The position numbers and the translations under genes are program-made. A stretch of 47,806 nt of DNA from Nocardioidaceae bacterium (lineage in GTDB: Bacteria > Actinomycetota > Actinomycetes > Propionibacteriales > Nocardioidaceae), in contig JAJUGK010000001.1 of NCBI GenBank assembly GCA_029268205.1, forward strand, positions 1-47,806. Reading direction: 5' to 3'. Under the pieces are notes generated by a model. The model did not search any database. It was not told where the DNA came from and saw nothing but the letters and a program-made list of their open reading frames with translations. This document shows positions 36,426-45,284 of this stretch, one piece after another. Position 1 is the first letter of the stretch, and each line of letters opens with the position of its first letter.

Positions 36426-37238
36426 TCAGGACCGCCGCGTCACCACGTAGCAGGCGATGGCCGCAGCGGCGCCGACGTTGAGCGAGTCCACACCGGCCGC
36501 CATGGGGATCACCGCGCGCCGGTGGGCGGTGCGCTGCCAGCGCGCCGACAGGCCGTGCCCCTCGGTGCCGAGCACCAGCGCGACCCGCTCCTGACCGACG
36601 ACCGCCTCCTCGAGGGGGACCGCGTCCTCGGCCAGGGTCAGCGCCACGGTCGTGAAGCCGCGCTGCTCGAGGTCGACGAGGGCGTCGTACCAGTCCGGGA
36701 TCCGGGTCCACGGGACCGAGAAGGCCGCACCCATCGCCACCTTGACCGCCCTCCGATACAGCGGGTCGGCACACCGCGGCGAGAGCAGCACCGCGTCGAC
36801 CCCGAGGGCCGCGCAGGTGCGCAGGACCGCGCCGACGTTGGTGTGGTCGACGATGTCCTCGAGGACGACCACCGTGCGCGCCCCCTGCAGCACGGCGTCG
36901 ACCGACGGCAGCGGCGTGCGGTGCAGCGAGGCGAGTGCCCCGCGGTGCACGTGGAAGCCGGTGACCTGCTCGACCAGGCGTTCGTCGAGGACGTAGCAGG
37001 GGGCGTCGGTGGTGGCCAGCACGTCGCCCAGCGACTCCACCCAGCGTGGCGCCATGAGCAGCGACCGCACCGGGTAGCCGGCGGTCACCGCGCGCCGGAC
37101 GACCTTCTCCCCCTCGGCGAGGAAGAGGCCGTGCTCGCTCTCGATGCTGCGCCGCAGCGTGACGTCGCGCAGGTCGCGGTAGTCGGCCAGCCGTTCGTCC
37201 GCCGGGTCCGCGACCTCGATCAGCCGCGCCACCGTCAC
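36426..37238 (-). CDS. TrmH/SpoU-family RNA methyltransferase
   Basis: LEDIVDHTNVGA, LGTEGHGL, IPM..GVDSLNV. Confidence 0.92.
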   Translation of the reverse strand: MTVARLIEVADPADERLADYRDLRDVTLRRSIESEHGLFLAEGEKVVRRAVTAGYPVRSLLMAPRWVESLGDVLATTDAPCYVLDERLVEQVTGFHVHRGALASLHRTPLPSVDAVLQGARTVVVLEDIVDHTNVGAVLRTCAALGVDAVLLSPRCADPLYRRAVKVAMGAAFSVPWTRIPDWYDALVDLEQRGFTTVALTLAEDAVPLEEAVVGQERVALVLGTEGHGLSARWQRTAHRRAVIPMAAGVDSLNVGAAAAIACYVVTRRS

Positions 37239-38491
37239 CCCTCCCCGTCGGGCCGGGCGAGACCGACCACGTCGCCGACCACGATGATCGCGGGCGGCCG
37301 GAGCCCGGCTGCCTCGATCGCCGCGCCGAGACCCTCCAGCGTCGTGACGACCTCGCGCTCCACCGGCATCGTGCCGTCCGCGATCACGGCGACCGGGGTA
37401 TCGGCGGCACGACCGTGCTCGACCAGTGCCGCGGCGATCGCGGCGGCGTTCTGCACCGCCATCAGCAGCACGAGCGTGCCGCGGGTGCGGGCCAGCGCCT
37501 CCCACTCCACGAGACTGTCGGGATGCCCGGGCGGCAGGTGTCCGCTGATCACGGTGAACTCGTGGGTCATCCCGCGGTGGGTGAGCGGGATCCCCGCCCG
37601 GCCGGGCACCGCGATCGCGCTGGAGAGCCCGGGGACGACCTCGACCGGCACGCCCGCCGCCCGGCACGCCTCGATCTCCTCGAACCCGCGTCCGAAGACG
37701 AAGTTGTCCCCGCCCTTGAGCCGTACGACCCGCTTGCCCGCCCTGGCCCGCTCGACCAGGACGCGATTGATCTCCTCCTGCTGGGCCGCCCGGCCGCGCG
37801 GCAGCTTGGTGACATCGACGAGCTCGACGTCCGGGGCGAGCTCGCCGAGCAGCTCCCGCGGCGCCAGCCGGTCCGCGACCACGACGTCGGCCTCGGCAAC
37901 GGCGCGCCGGGCGGCGAGCGTCACGAGCTCGGGGTCACCCGGGCCCCCGCCCACCAGCGTGACGCCGGGGGCCCGCGCCTCCGCCCGCACGTCGACCAGG
38001 CCGTCCCGCAGCGCGCCGAGGAGCTGGTCGCGGATGGCGGCCGAGCGTCGCGGCTCCCGGTTGCCGAGCACCGCGACGGTCATCCCGGCGTACCTGCCGG
38101 AGGCCGGCGTCCAGGCGGTGGCGGCCAGCCCGTCGTCGCTGCGCACGCAGAAGATCCGTCGCTCCTCGGCGGCCTCGCTCACCGCGACGTTGACCTCGGC
38201 GTCGTTCGTCGCGGCGATGACGTACCACGCCCCGTCGAGGTCCGCGGCCCGGAACCCCCGGCGCTCCCAGCTGATCTCGCCGCCTCCGGCGAGTCCTTCG
38301 AGGGCGGGCGTGACGTCGGGCGCGACCACGGTGACCTCCGCGCCCGCCGTGAGCAGCGTCGGCACCCGCCGCTGGGCGACGTGGCCACCCCCGACGACCA
38401 CGACGCGGCGCCCCTCGAGCCGCAGGCCCACCGGGTACGGCGGTGCGTGCCCCGCGGGATCGCCGGGTCCGGTCACTCCACGCTCAGCCAC
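37235..38491 (-). CDS. cobA: Uroporphyrinogen-III C-methyltransferase fused to precorrin-2 dehydrogenase (CysG-like)
   Basis: N-terminal VVVVGGGHVA NAD domain; C-terminal GGGPGDPEL, RLKGGD.FVFGRG.EE, GIPLTHRG; start uncertain (38476 or 38491). Confidence 0.9.
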   Translation of the reverse strand: MAERGVTGPGDPAGHAPPYPVGLRLEGRRVVVVGGGHVAQRRVPTLLTAGAEVTVVAPDVTPALEGLAGGGEISWERRGFRAADLDGAWYVIAATNDAEVNVAVSEAAEERRIFCVRSDDGLAATAWTPASGRYAGMTVAVLGNREPRRSAAIRDQLLGALRDGLVDVRAEARAPGVTLVGGGPGDPELVTLAARRAVAEADVVVADRLAPRELLGELAPDVELVDVTKLPRGRAAQQEEINRVLVERARAGKRVVRLKGGDNFVFGRGFEEIEACRAAGVPVEVVPGLSSAIAVPGRAGIPLTHRGMTHEFTVISGHLPPGHPDSLVEWEALARTRGTLVLLMAVQNAAAIAAALVEHGRAADTPVAVIADGTMPVEREVVTTLEGLGAAIEAAGLRPPAIIVVGDVVGLARPDGEG

Positions 38492-38598
38492 CCGTCCCAT
38501 TCTTCCGCACCCGCCGATCCGCCGGCAGCGGTGCATGAGCCGTGGACAGGTGGGCCAGGATGGGAGCTGTCCTGTCCGTGACCCGACCAGGAGGACCG

Positions 38599-39120
38599 AT
38601 GACCCTCGAGCGCCCCGTCGCGCCCAACCCGTACGACCTGCTGCCCGCCGTGGCGTCGTTCACCGTGACCAGTGCGGACGTCACCGACGGTCAGCCGCTC
38701 AAGCAGGACCAGGTCGCCGCCGGCGGCAACACCTCCCCGCAGCTGAGCTGGAGCGGTGCCCCGGAGGGGACGCAGAGCTTCGTCGTCACCTGCTTCGATC
38801 CCGACGCGCCCACGCCGTCGGGCTTCTGGCACTGGGTGCTCGTCGACATCCCCGCCGAGGTGACCTCCCTGCCCGCGGGGGCGGCCGCGGGCGAGCTGCC
38901 GGCCGGGTCCTTCCACGTCCGCAACGACGGCGGCGACGCCGGGTTCATGGGGGCGGCTCCCCCCGAGGGCGACCAGGTCCACCGGTACTTCTTCGTCGTC
39001 CACGCCGTGAAGGAGCCGACCCTGGGCGTCGATGCCGACGCCTCGCCGGCGGTGGTGTCGTTCAACCTGGCGTTCAAGACCCTGGGGCGCGCGATCATCC
39101 ACGGCACCTACCAGCACTGA
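38599..39120 (+). CDS. YbhB/YbcL (PEBP/Raf kinase inhibitor-like) protein
   Basis: [29 protein letters not shown]; AGGAGG SD. Confidence 0.93.
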   Translation: MTLERPVAPNPYDLLPAVASFTVTSADVTDGQPLKQDQVAAGGNTSPQLSWSGAPEGTQSFVVTCFDPDAPTPSGFWHWVLVDIPAEVTSLPAGAAAGELPAGSFHVRNDGGDAGFMGAAPPEGDQVHRYFFVVHAVKEPTLGVDADASPAVVSFNLAFKTLGRAIIHGTYQH

Positions 39121-39237
39121 GGTCGGTGACCGGCGACGAACCGGGGCCTCCTCCCCGAGGAGGATGACGGAACCGGGGTTCCGGGCTAGTTTGCCCAGAC
39201 CTGTCCATGACTCACGTCACGACTCGAAGGGTGAGCT

Positions 39238-39810
39238 GTGCCCGGATCCCTGACCGACCGCTTCCTCGCGCGCCTGATCGACGGGGTGATCCTCGCCGTC
39301 GTCGTGTGGGGAGTGGTCTCCTCGCTCCTGACCTCGATCATCATCGGCGGCGCCCTCGGCTACCGCAGTAGCGCCTACTTCGTGCTCGGCACGGTGCTGG
39401 CGCTGCTGGGGCTGGCGATCAACCTCGGCTACTACGCGCTCCTGGAGACCCGCACCGGCCAGACGGTCGGCAAGATGGTGCTCAAGCTGCGGGTCCAGGG
39501 CCCCGACGGCCAGCTGCCGACGCTGGAGCAGTCGTTGCGCCGCAACGCCTTCCTGGCCGTGGGCGTCGCCGGCACCGTCGCCGCCGACATCCTCGGCATC
39601 ATCCCCGGCATCGGGGGTTTCCTGGGCGCGCTCGCGTCGCTGGTGTTCGGTCTCGGCGCCCTCGCGCTGGTGATCTACATCGCCTACACGATCAACGAGG
39701 ACGCCACCGGTCGCCAGGGCTGGCACGACAGGTTCGCCGGCGGCACCCGGGTGCTCAAGGAGGCGACCCAGCCGATGCAGACCCCGCCGCCGGCCCCGCC
39801 CGCCGCGTAG
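39238..39810 (+). CDS. RDD family membrane protein
   Basis: RFLARLID, GQTVGKM.LKLRV, RQGWHDRFAGGTRV. Confidence 0.88.
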   Translation: MPGSLTDRFLARLIDGVILAVVVWGVVSSLLTSIIIGGALGYRSSAYFVLGTVLALLGLAINLGYYALLETRTGQTVGKMVLKLRVQGPDGQLPTLEQSLRRNAFLAVGVAGTVAADILGIIPGIGGFLGALASLVFGLGALALVIYIAYTINEDATGRQGWHDRFAGGTRVLKEATQPMQTPPPAPPAA

Positions 39811-40303
39811 GCGGACACAGCTCGGCGTAGGCGGCCGAGGCGAGCAACTGCTCGAGGACGGTCGCCGCGCCGGGCGCCAGGTCGAGGTCGCGGTCCCGCA
39901 CCCGCTGCGGGTCGACGAAGAGGATCTGCCGCCCCTCCCCCAGTCGGACGTCGGCGTCCGTCGCCGACGTACGGCCGATCCACACCTGCCAGCGGTCCCG
40001 CAGCCGCGGGTCGCGCTTGGGGGCATGGGTGGTCTCGAGCTCCCGCCACAGATGGAGGTCGGGGGCCTCCCCGGGACCGAAGCCGGTCTCCTCCCACAGC
40101 TCGCGCCACACGGCGTCGGTCCACTCCTCGCCGGGATCCACGTGGCCGCCCACCAGGCCCCACTGCAACGGCGCGAGCGGTGCGTGCTCGTCGCGCTCCT
40201 GCAGCAGCAGCCAGCCGCGGTCGTCGACGAGGATCGCGGTCGCGAGCCGACAACTCGTGCGGGCGCAGTCAGCGGCACTCGCGCCGGCTTCGGGAGGGGC
40301 CAT
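39755..40303 (-). CDS. NUDIX hydrolase
   Basis: Nudix box GGHVDPGEEWTDAVWRELWEETG; LLQERD, GEGRQI.F. Confidence 0.85.
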   Translation of the reverse strand: MAPPEAGASAADCARTSCRLATAILVDDRGWLLLQERDEHAPLAPLQWGLVGGHVDPGEEWTDAVWRELWEETGFGPGEAPDLHLWRELETTHAPKRDPRLRDRWQVWIGRTSATDADVRLGEGRQILFVDPQRVRDRDLDLAPGAATVLEQLLASAAYAELCPPTRRAGPAAGSASAGSPP

Positions 40304-40405
40304 CGGGCCACCCTAGTGACGGAGTTCGCGGATCCGGCGCGGCCGACGCGGATCGCTGTTAGCGTCCCGGAGCCATCGAGTCCATCCAGCACGAAGGAGC
40401 CCCCG

Positions 40406-40768
40406 ATGAGCGGCACCACCCCTCCCCCTGGTGAGTTCAACACTCCATACCCCGCGCCCGACAATCGCCCGCCGCAGGATGCCAAGGGATTCTTCGGGGC
40501 ACTGTTCGATCTCAGCTTCGCGACGTTCATCACGCCCAAGGTCGTCAAGGTCGCCTACGCACTGGCGATCGCCATCATCGGAATCGCTCTCGCGATCTGG
40601 CTGGTCGGGGCTCTCGTGGCGGGCGAGATCGGCTTCTTCCTGCTGGTCCTCATCCTGGGACCGGTGGCGGCGCTGTTCTACCTGATCCTCATCCGCATGA
40701 GCCTGGAGTTCTTCGTCGCACTCATCCGCATGAGCGAGGACGTCCACCGCCGGCTCCCGGGCAGCTGA
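40406..40768 (+). CDS. DUF4282 family membrane protein
   Basis: GFFGALFDLSF.TFITPKVVK..Y, two TM helices, RM.LEFF; AAGGAG SD. Confidence 0.85.
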   Translation: MSGTTPPPGEFNTPYPAPDNRPPQDAKGFFGALFDLSFATFITPKVVKVAYALAIAIIGIALAIWLVGALVAGEIGFFLLVLILGPVAALFYLILIRMSLEFFVALIRMSEDVHRRLPGS

Positions 40769-40776
40769 CGCGATCC

Positions 40777-41538
40777 TCAGTCGAGCACGAAGCTCACCAG
40801 GGCGACCACGCCCACCACGATGATCACCAGCCGCAGCAGCCACGGCGGGAGCCGCCGGCCGACGGATGCGCCGATCTGTCCGCCGATCACGGCGCCCACG
40901 GCGATCAGGCCGGCGATCGCCCAGTCGACCTCGGCGATGATGATGAAGAGCACGGCGGCGACGCCGTTGACCAGTCCGGCGAGCACGTTCTTGGTGGCGT
41001 TGTTGCGCTGGATGGTCTCGTTCAGACCGATCCCGAGGATCGCCATCAGCAGAACGCCCTGCGCGGCGCCGAAGTAGCCGCCGTACACCCCCGTGAGCAG
41101 CACCAGCACCCAGACCCACGACGACCCGTTCTCCGGGACGGCCCTGCCTCCGCCGGCGCGGTCCACCCAGGCTTTGACCCAGGGTTGCACCGCCACCAGC
41201 AGGACGCCCAGCCCGATGAGGACGGGCACGATCGCCCGGAAGGCATCCTCGGGCAGCACCAGCAGGAGGAGCGCGCCGATCACCCCACCGATCAGGGACG
41301 CGCTGCCGAGGCGGATCAGTCGGCCACGCTGGCCGCGTAGCTCGCGGCGGTAACCGATCGCACCGGAGACCGAACCGGGGGCCAGCCCGACGGTGTTCGA
41401 CACGTTGGCCACGACCGGGGGGACGCCGAACGCGAGGAGGGTCGGGAACGTCACGAGCGTTCCCGACCCCACCACGGTGTTGATGGTGCCGGCGGCGAGC
41501 CCTGCGAGCAGGATCGCCGCCATCTCCAGGATGCTCAC
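40777..41538 (-). CDS. Sulfite exporter TauE/SafE family protein
   Basis: AGTINTVVGSGTLVTFP, GVYGGYFGAAQG, NATKN. Confidence 0.9.
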   Translation of the reverse strand: MSILEMAAILLAGLAAGTINTVVGSGTLVTFPTLLAFGVPPVVANVSNTVGLAPGSVSGAIGYRRELRGQRGRLIRLGSASLIGGVIGALLLLVLPEDAFRAIVPVLIGLGVLLVAVQPWVKAWVDRAGGGRAVPENGSSWVWVLVLLTGVYGGYFGAAQGVLLMAILGIGLNETIQRNNATKNVLAGLVNGVAAVLFIIIAEVDWAIAGLIAVGAVIGGQIGASVGRRLPPWLLRLVIIVVGVVALVSFVLD

Positions 41539-42728
41539 GCGGGCGGAGCGTTCCCGCCCTCGTCGCTCGGGTCGGCCGACTCGACAGCCGGGTCAGCGCC
41601 CGACTCGTCAAACTCGCCCGACTCGGCAGGCTCGGCAGCCGCTTCGCCCGCCTTCCGGGCCGAACCCGGGTTGCTCGCCTGCTGGGCTGCGGCGATGGCG
41701 GCGGCCACCTCGTCGTGGGCGCTGCTGACGTCACCGAGGCCGTCGACGTCGAGGTCCTCCACGCTCGGCGGCGGCGTCCCCATGTCGACCCGGCGGACCG
41801 GGCCGTCCACCTCGTCGGGGATGCCCTTGAGGCTGTTCATGGTCGAGCCGAGCCCCTCGAGCGCCTTCCCGATCTCGCTCGGCACGATCCACACCTTGTT
41901 GGCGTCGCCCTCGGCGATCTTCGGCATCATCTGGAGGTACTGGTAGGCCAGCAGCGACTGGTCGGGCCGACCGTCGTGGATCGCCTGGAACACCGTCTGG
42001 ATGGCCTGTCCCTCACCCTGCGAGCGAAGGATCGCCGCCTCGCGGTCGGCCTGGGCACGCAGGATCTGCGCCTGTCGGTCGCCCTCGGCGTTGAGGATCG
42101 CAGCCTGCTTGTTGCCCTCCGCGGTCAGGATCGCCGACTGCCGCTCGCCCTCGGCGGTGAGGATCGCCGCGCGCTTGTCGCGGTCGGCCCGCATCTGCTT
42201 CTCCATCGAGTCCTTGATCGACGGCGGCGGGTCGATGCCCTTCAGCTCCACGCGGTTGACCCGGATGCCCCACCGGCCGGTGGCGTCGTCGAGCACACCG
42301 CGCAGGCCGGAGTTGATCGAGTCGCGGCTCGTCAGGGTCTCCTCGAGGTCCATCCCGCCGACGATGTTGCGCAGGGTGGTCATGGTCAGCTGCTCGATCG
42401 CCTGGATGTAGTTGGCGATCTCGTAGGTCGCCGAGACCGGATCGGTGACCTGGAAGTAGATGACGGTGTCGATCGAGACGACGAGGTTGTCCTCGGTGAT
42501 CACGGGCTGCGGCGGGAACGAGACGACCTGCTCGCGCAGGTCGATGACGTAGCGCACCTTGTCGACGAACGGCACGACGATGTTGAGGCCGGCGTCGAGC
42601 GTCGTGCGGTACTTGCCGAACCGCTCGACGATGCCGGCGCGGGCCTGCGGGATGATCCGCACGGTCCGGGCCAGCGCGACGACCGCGAAGAACGCGATCA
42701 CCACCAGGATGATCAACACTGCGGGCAT
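41535..42728 (-). CDS. SPFH/stomatin-like protein
   Basis: VERFGKY, QPVITEDN, TTLRNIVG, MEKQMRADR.KRA, acidic tail. Confidence 0.93.
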   Translation of the reverse strand: MPAVLIILVVIAFFAVVALARTVRIIPQARAGIVERFGKYRTTLDAGLNIVVPFVDKVRYVIDLREQVVSFPPQPVITEDNLVVSIDTVIYFQVTDPVSATYEIANYIQAIEQLTMTTLRNIVGGMDLEETLTSRDSINSGLRGVLDDATGRWGIRVNRVELKGIDPPPSIKDSMEKQMRADRDKRAAILTAEGERQSAILTAEGNKQAAILNAEGDRQAQILRAQADREAAILRSQGEGQAIQTVFQAIHDGRPDQSLLAYQYLQMMPKIAEGDANKVWIVPSEIGKALEGLGSTMNSLKGIPDEVDGPVRRVDMGTPPPSVEDLDVDGLGDVSSAHDEVAAAIAAAQQASNPGSARKAGEAAAEPAESGEFDESGADPAVESADPSDEGGNAPPA

Positions 42729-42790
42729 CGTCGCCCCCTCTCAGCGGACCGCACGGCCCGCGCTCTCTTCCGACGTGGATCAGGCGTGGA

Positions 42791-43249
42791 TCAGGTCTCG
42801 AGCTCCGGCACCGGGTGGACCAGTGCGGTCGCGCCGCGGATCTCCAGCACGTCGACCGTCGTGCCCTCGGCGATCTCCAGGCTCTCGTCGTAGGGGCGGG
42901 CGGTCCAGACGTCGCCGTCGATCCGGATCTGCCCCTCGTGCACGGTGATCCGGCTCAGCGAGATCCCCTGCCGGCCGACCAGCGCGGCGTGCCCCAGGGT
43001 CAGCTCGGGACCGCTGTGCAGCCGCTTGGCCATGCTCGGGCGCACCAACCACAGCATCGCCACGGCCGTGACGATCGCCAGCCCCGCCTGGAGGACGAGC
43101 GGACCGCCCAGCGCAGCGGTGATGCTGCCGCCGAGCGCGCCGATGGCGAGCATGACGAGGACGAACTCGAGGCTGAACAGCTCCGCGACGCCGAGCAGCA
43201 CAGCCAGCACCAGCCAGCTCTCCCACGCGTGGTCACGGATCCAGTCCAT
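42791..43249 (-). CDS. NfeD-family protein (short form)
   Basis: TM helices then ALVG..G, GQIRIDGDVWTAR, V.EIRGATALV; upstream of SPFH. Confidence 0.9.
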   Translation of the reverse strand: MDWIRDHAWESWLVLAVLLGVAELFSLEFVLVMLAIGALGGSITAALGGPLVLQAGLAIVTAVAMLWLVRPSMAKRLHSGPELTLGHAALVGRQGISLSRITVHEGQIRIDGDVWTARPYDESLEIAEGTTVDVLEIRGATALVHPVPELET

Positions 43250-43281
43250 GACCTCACCCTACCGAGCGCGGCAGAGGGGAC

Positions 43282-43980
43282 TCAGGCGGTGACGAGGTAC
43301 CGGTCGATGTCCTTGGTCAGCGCCATGAAGATCTCGTGGTTGAGGCGGAACGCCAGCTTGACCTCCTCGAGCGCCGCCGCCCGGCGCGCCGGGGACAGGT
43401 CGAGGCCGTCGAGCCGCGCCCGGTAGCCGTCCTTGTAGGGCTTGGGCTTCTCGATCCCGGCGAAGCGGTAGAAGGCGGTGCCCTCACCGTCGACCAGACC
43501 GTAGGTGCGCGCGATGATCCGTCCGATCGCCTGGCCGCCCGAGAGGTCGCCGAGGTAGCGGGTGTAGTGGTGGGCGACGAAGAGCTCTCCGGCGCTCGCG
43601 GTGTGCCGGAGCCGGTCGACGTACGCCGTCACCGCCGGATCAGTGGAGACCCGGGTGCGCCAGTCGGGTCCGGCGAAGAACTCCAGGTCCTCGGCGAGGG
43701 CGGCGGCGCGCTCCAGCAGCGGGTCCCACACCTCGGCGGCCACCGGGTCGGGCGCCGCGGCGTCGCCGACCAGGGACCGGCCGACCTCCTCGAGCGCGTC
43801 GTAGACCGGCGCCAGGGCGAGCAGGTAGGCGGCGTAGCCGTCCCGCGAGATCCGCCCGTCGAGGAGCGCCGACATGAACGAGGAGGTCTCGGCCTCGGTG
43901 TGCTCGGCCTGCGACCCCTCCCGCAGCAACTGGGAGAACGGGACCTGGTCGACCGCGGGGGCGGCGGTGTCGATCGTCAC
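43282..43980 (-). CDS. hmuO: Biliverdin-producing heme oxygenase
   Basis: Proximal His in HTEAE, HHYTRYLGDLSGGQ, FY.F, YR.RLD, AF.LN. Confidence 0.93.
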   Translation of the reverse strand: MTIDTAAPAVDQVPFSQLLREGSQAEHTEAETSSFMSALLDGRISRDGYAAYLLALAPVYDALEEVGRSLVGDAAAPDPVAAEVWDPLLERAAALAEDLEFFAGPDWRTRVSTDPAVTAYVDRLRHTASAGELFVAHHYTRYLGDLSGGQAIGRIIARTYGLVDGEGTAFYRFAGIEKPKPYKDGYRARLDGLDLSPARRAAALEEVKLAFRLNHEIFMALTKDIDRYLVTA

Positions 43981-44036
43981 GGGCGGATGCCTCTCTGCGG
44001 AGTCGGCGTCCGGGCGCGATCCCGGACGGCGTGATG

Positions 44037-44072
44037 GTGACAGTGTGTCATATCAATGTGACGACGTGTCAT
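44037..44072. promoter_or_regulatory. Tandem TGAC-N5-GTCAT operators
   Basis: GTGACAGTGTGTCAT (44037-44051) and GTGACGACGTGTCAT (44058-44072), 21 bp apart. Confidence 0.6.
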
Positions 44073-44086
44073 GTTGACAGGTCGTG

Positions 44087-44125
44087 AGATCTTAGGCAAC
44101 CCTTAGTGAGCCCAGGCTAACCTGG
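44087..44125. promoter_or_regulatory. Tandem DtxR/IdeR iron boxes
   Basis: AGATCTTAGGCAACCCTTA and TGAGCCCAGGCTAACCTGG; 12/19 and 13/19 matches to TTAGGTTAGGCTAACCTAA by hand count. Confidence 0.7.
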
Positions 44126-44180
44126 TCGAGTCGCTTCCCACGTCGCCGTGCACACCGCGGCCGTCACGAGAAGGTTGCCC

Positions 44181-45284
44181 GTGTCTGCACGCCTGCTCCT
44201 GCCCCTGCTCCTGGCGACCGCGTTGACGCTCTCCGCGTGCGGCGCCCAAGGGACGTCCGATGGCGGCAGCGGGAAGGCACAGGCGGCCCCGGTCCGCACG
44301 GAGTCGCTCGCCGAGGCGACCGTGCTCGACGACCCGAAGCGGCACGCGGGAACCGCGATCGTGGCGCTGCCGGATCGGCCGCTGCAGCCGATCACCGACG
44401 ACCCGCAGCCGTCGTTGCCGGCGACGGTCACCGACGTCCAGGGGACCGAGGTGACGATCACCGACACCAGTCGCGTGCTCGCGCTCGACCTCAACGGCAC
44501 CCTCGCCCGCCTGGTCGCCGAGCTCGGCATGCTCGACTCCCTGGTCGGCCGGGACACCTCGACGACCTTCCCCGAGGCGCGGGGCCTCCCGCCCGTCACC
44601 CGCTCGGGTCACGACCTGAGCGCCGAGGCGATCCTCGACCTCCAGCCGACCCTGATCATCACCGACACCAGCCTCGGCCCGTGGAACGTGCTGCTGCAGA
44701 TGCGCGAGGCCGGTATCCCCGTCGTCGTGGTCGACCCGAAGCGCTCGACCGACAATGTCGACGCGCTCGCCGAGCAGGTCGGCGCGGCCCTGGGACTGCC
44801 CGCGGAGGGCGAGCAGCTCGGTGCCCGGCTCGCGTCCGAGGTCGCCGAGATCCGAGCCGAGATCGACGCCGTCGCGCCCAGTGACCTCACCGGCAAGCTG
44901 CGCACCGTCTTCCTCTACGTGCGCGGGCAGGCGGGGGTCTACCAGCTCCTGGGTGGCGGCACCGGGGCGGACAGCCTCATCGATGCCCTGGGCCTCTACG
45001 ACATCAGCGCGGAGATCGGCTGGAACGGCGCCCGGCCGGTCAACGATGAGGGCATCCTCGCCGCCCAACCCGACCTGGTGCTGACCATGGCCAACGGACT
45101 GGACTCGGTCGGTGGGATCGACGGTCTCCTGGCGCGCTATCCGGCCCTGGCCGACACCCCGGCGGGACGCAACCGGCGCGTCGTCGCCATGAACGACGCC
45201 GACATCCTCGGCTTCGGCCCGCGGACGGCCGACGTCCTCGAGGCCCTGGCCCTGGAGATCTACGCCCCGGCGGACGCCTCGTGA
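44181..45284 (+). CDS. hmuT: Heme ABC transporter substrate-binding lipoprotein
   Basis: Lipobox LSAC, VGRD.ST, GHDLSAE (His), FLYVRGQAGVY (Tyr), GFGPRT; start 44181 or 44148. Confidence 0.87.
   Translation: MSARLLLPLLLATALTLSACGAQGTSDGGSGKAQAAPVRTESLAEATVLDDPKRHAGTAIVALPDRPLQPITDDPQPSLPATVTDVQGTEVTITDTSRVLALDLNGTLARLVAELGMLDSLVGRDTSTTFPEARGLPPVTRSGHDLSAEAILDLQPTLIITDTSLGPWNVLLQMREAGIPVVVVDPKRSTDNVDALAEQVGAALGLPAEGEQLGARLASEVAEIRAEIDAVAPSDLTGKLRTVFLYVRGQAGVYQLLGGGTGADSLIDALGLYDISAEIGWNGARPVNDEGILAAQPDLVLTMANGLDSVGGIDGLLARYPALADTPAGRNRRVVAMNDADILGFGPRTADVLEALALEIYAPADAS

Noticed and set aside
36426-38491. Functional link between cobA/cysG and the TrmH methyltransferase (GTGA overlap)
   Set aside because: Both use SAM but nothing in the sequence indicates a shared pathway
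41560-41660. Repeated CCGACTCG units resembling a short array
   Set aside because: They encode the low-complexity ES-rich SPFH tail, with irregular spacing
44007-44028. CGTCCGGG/CCCGGACG hairpin before hmuO as an ncRNA or riboswitch
   Set aside because: Single 8-bp GC stem without recognisable family features
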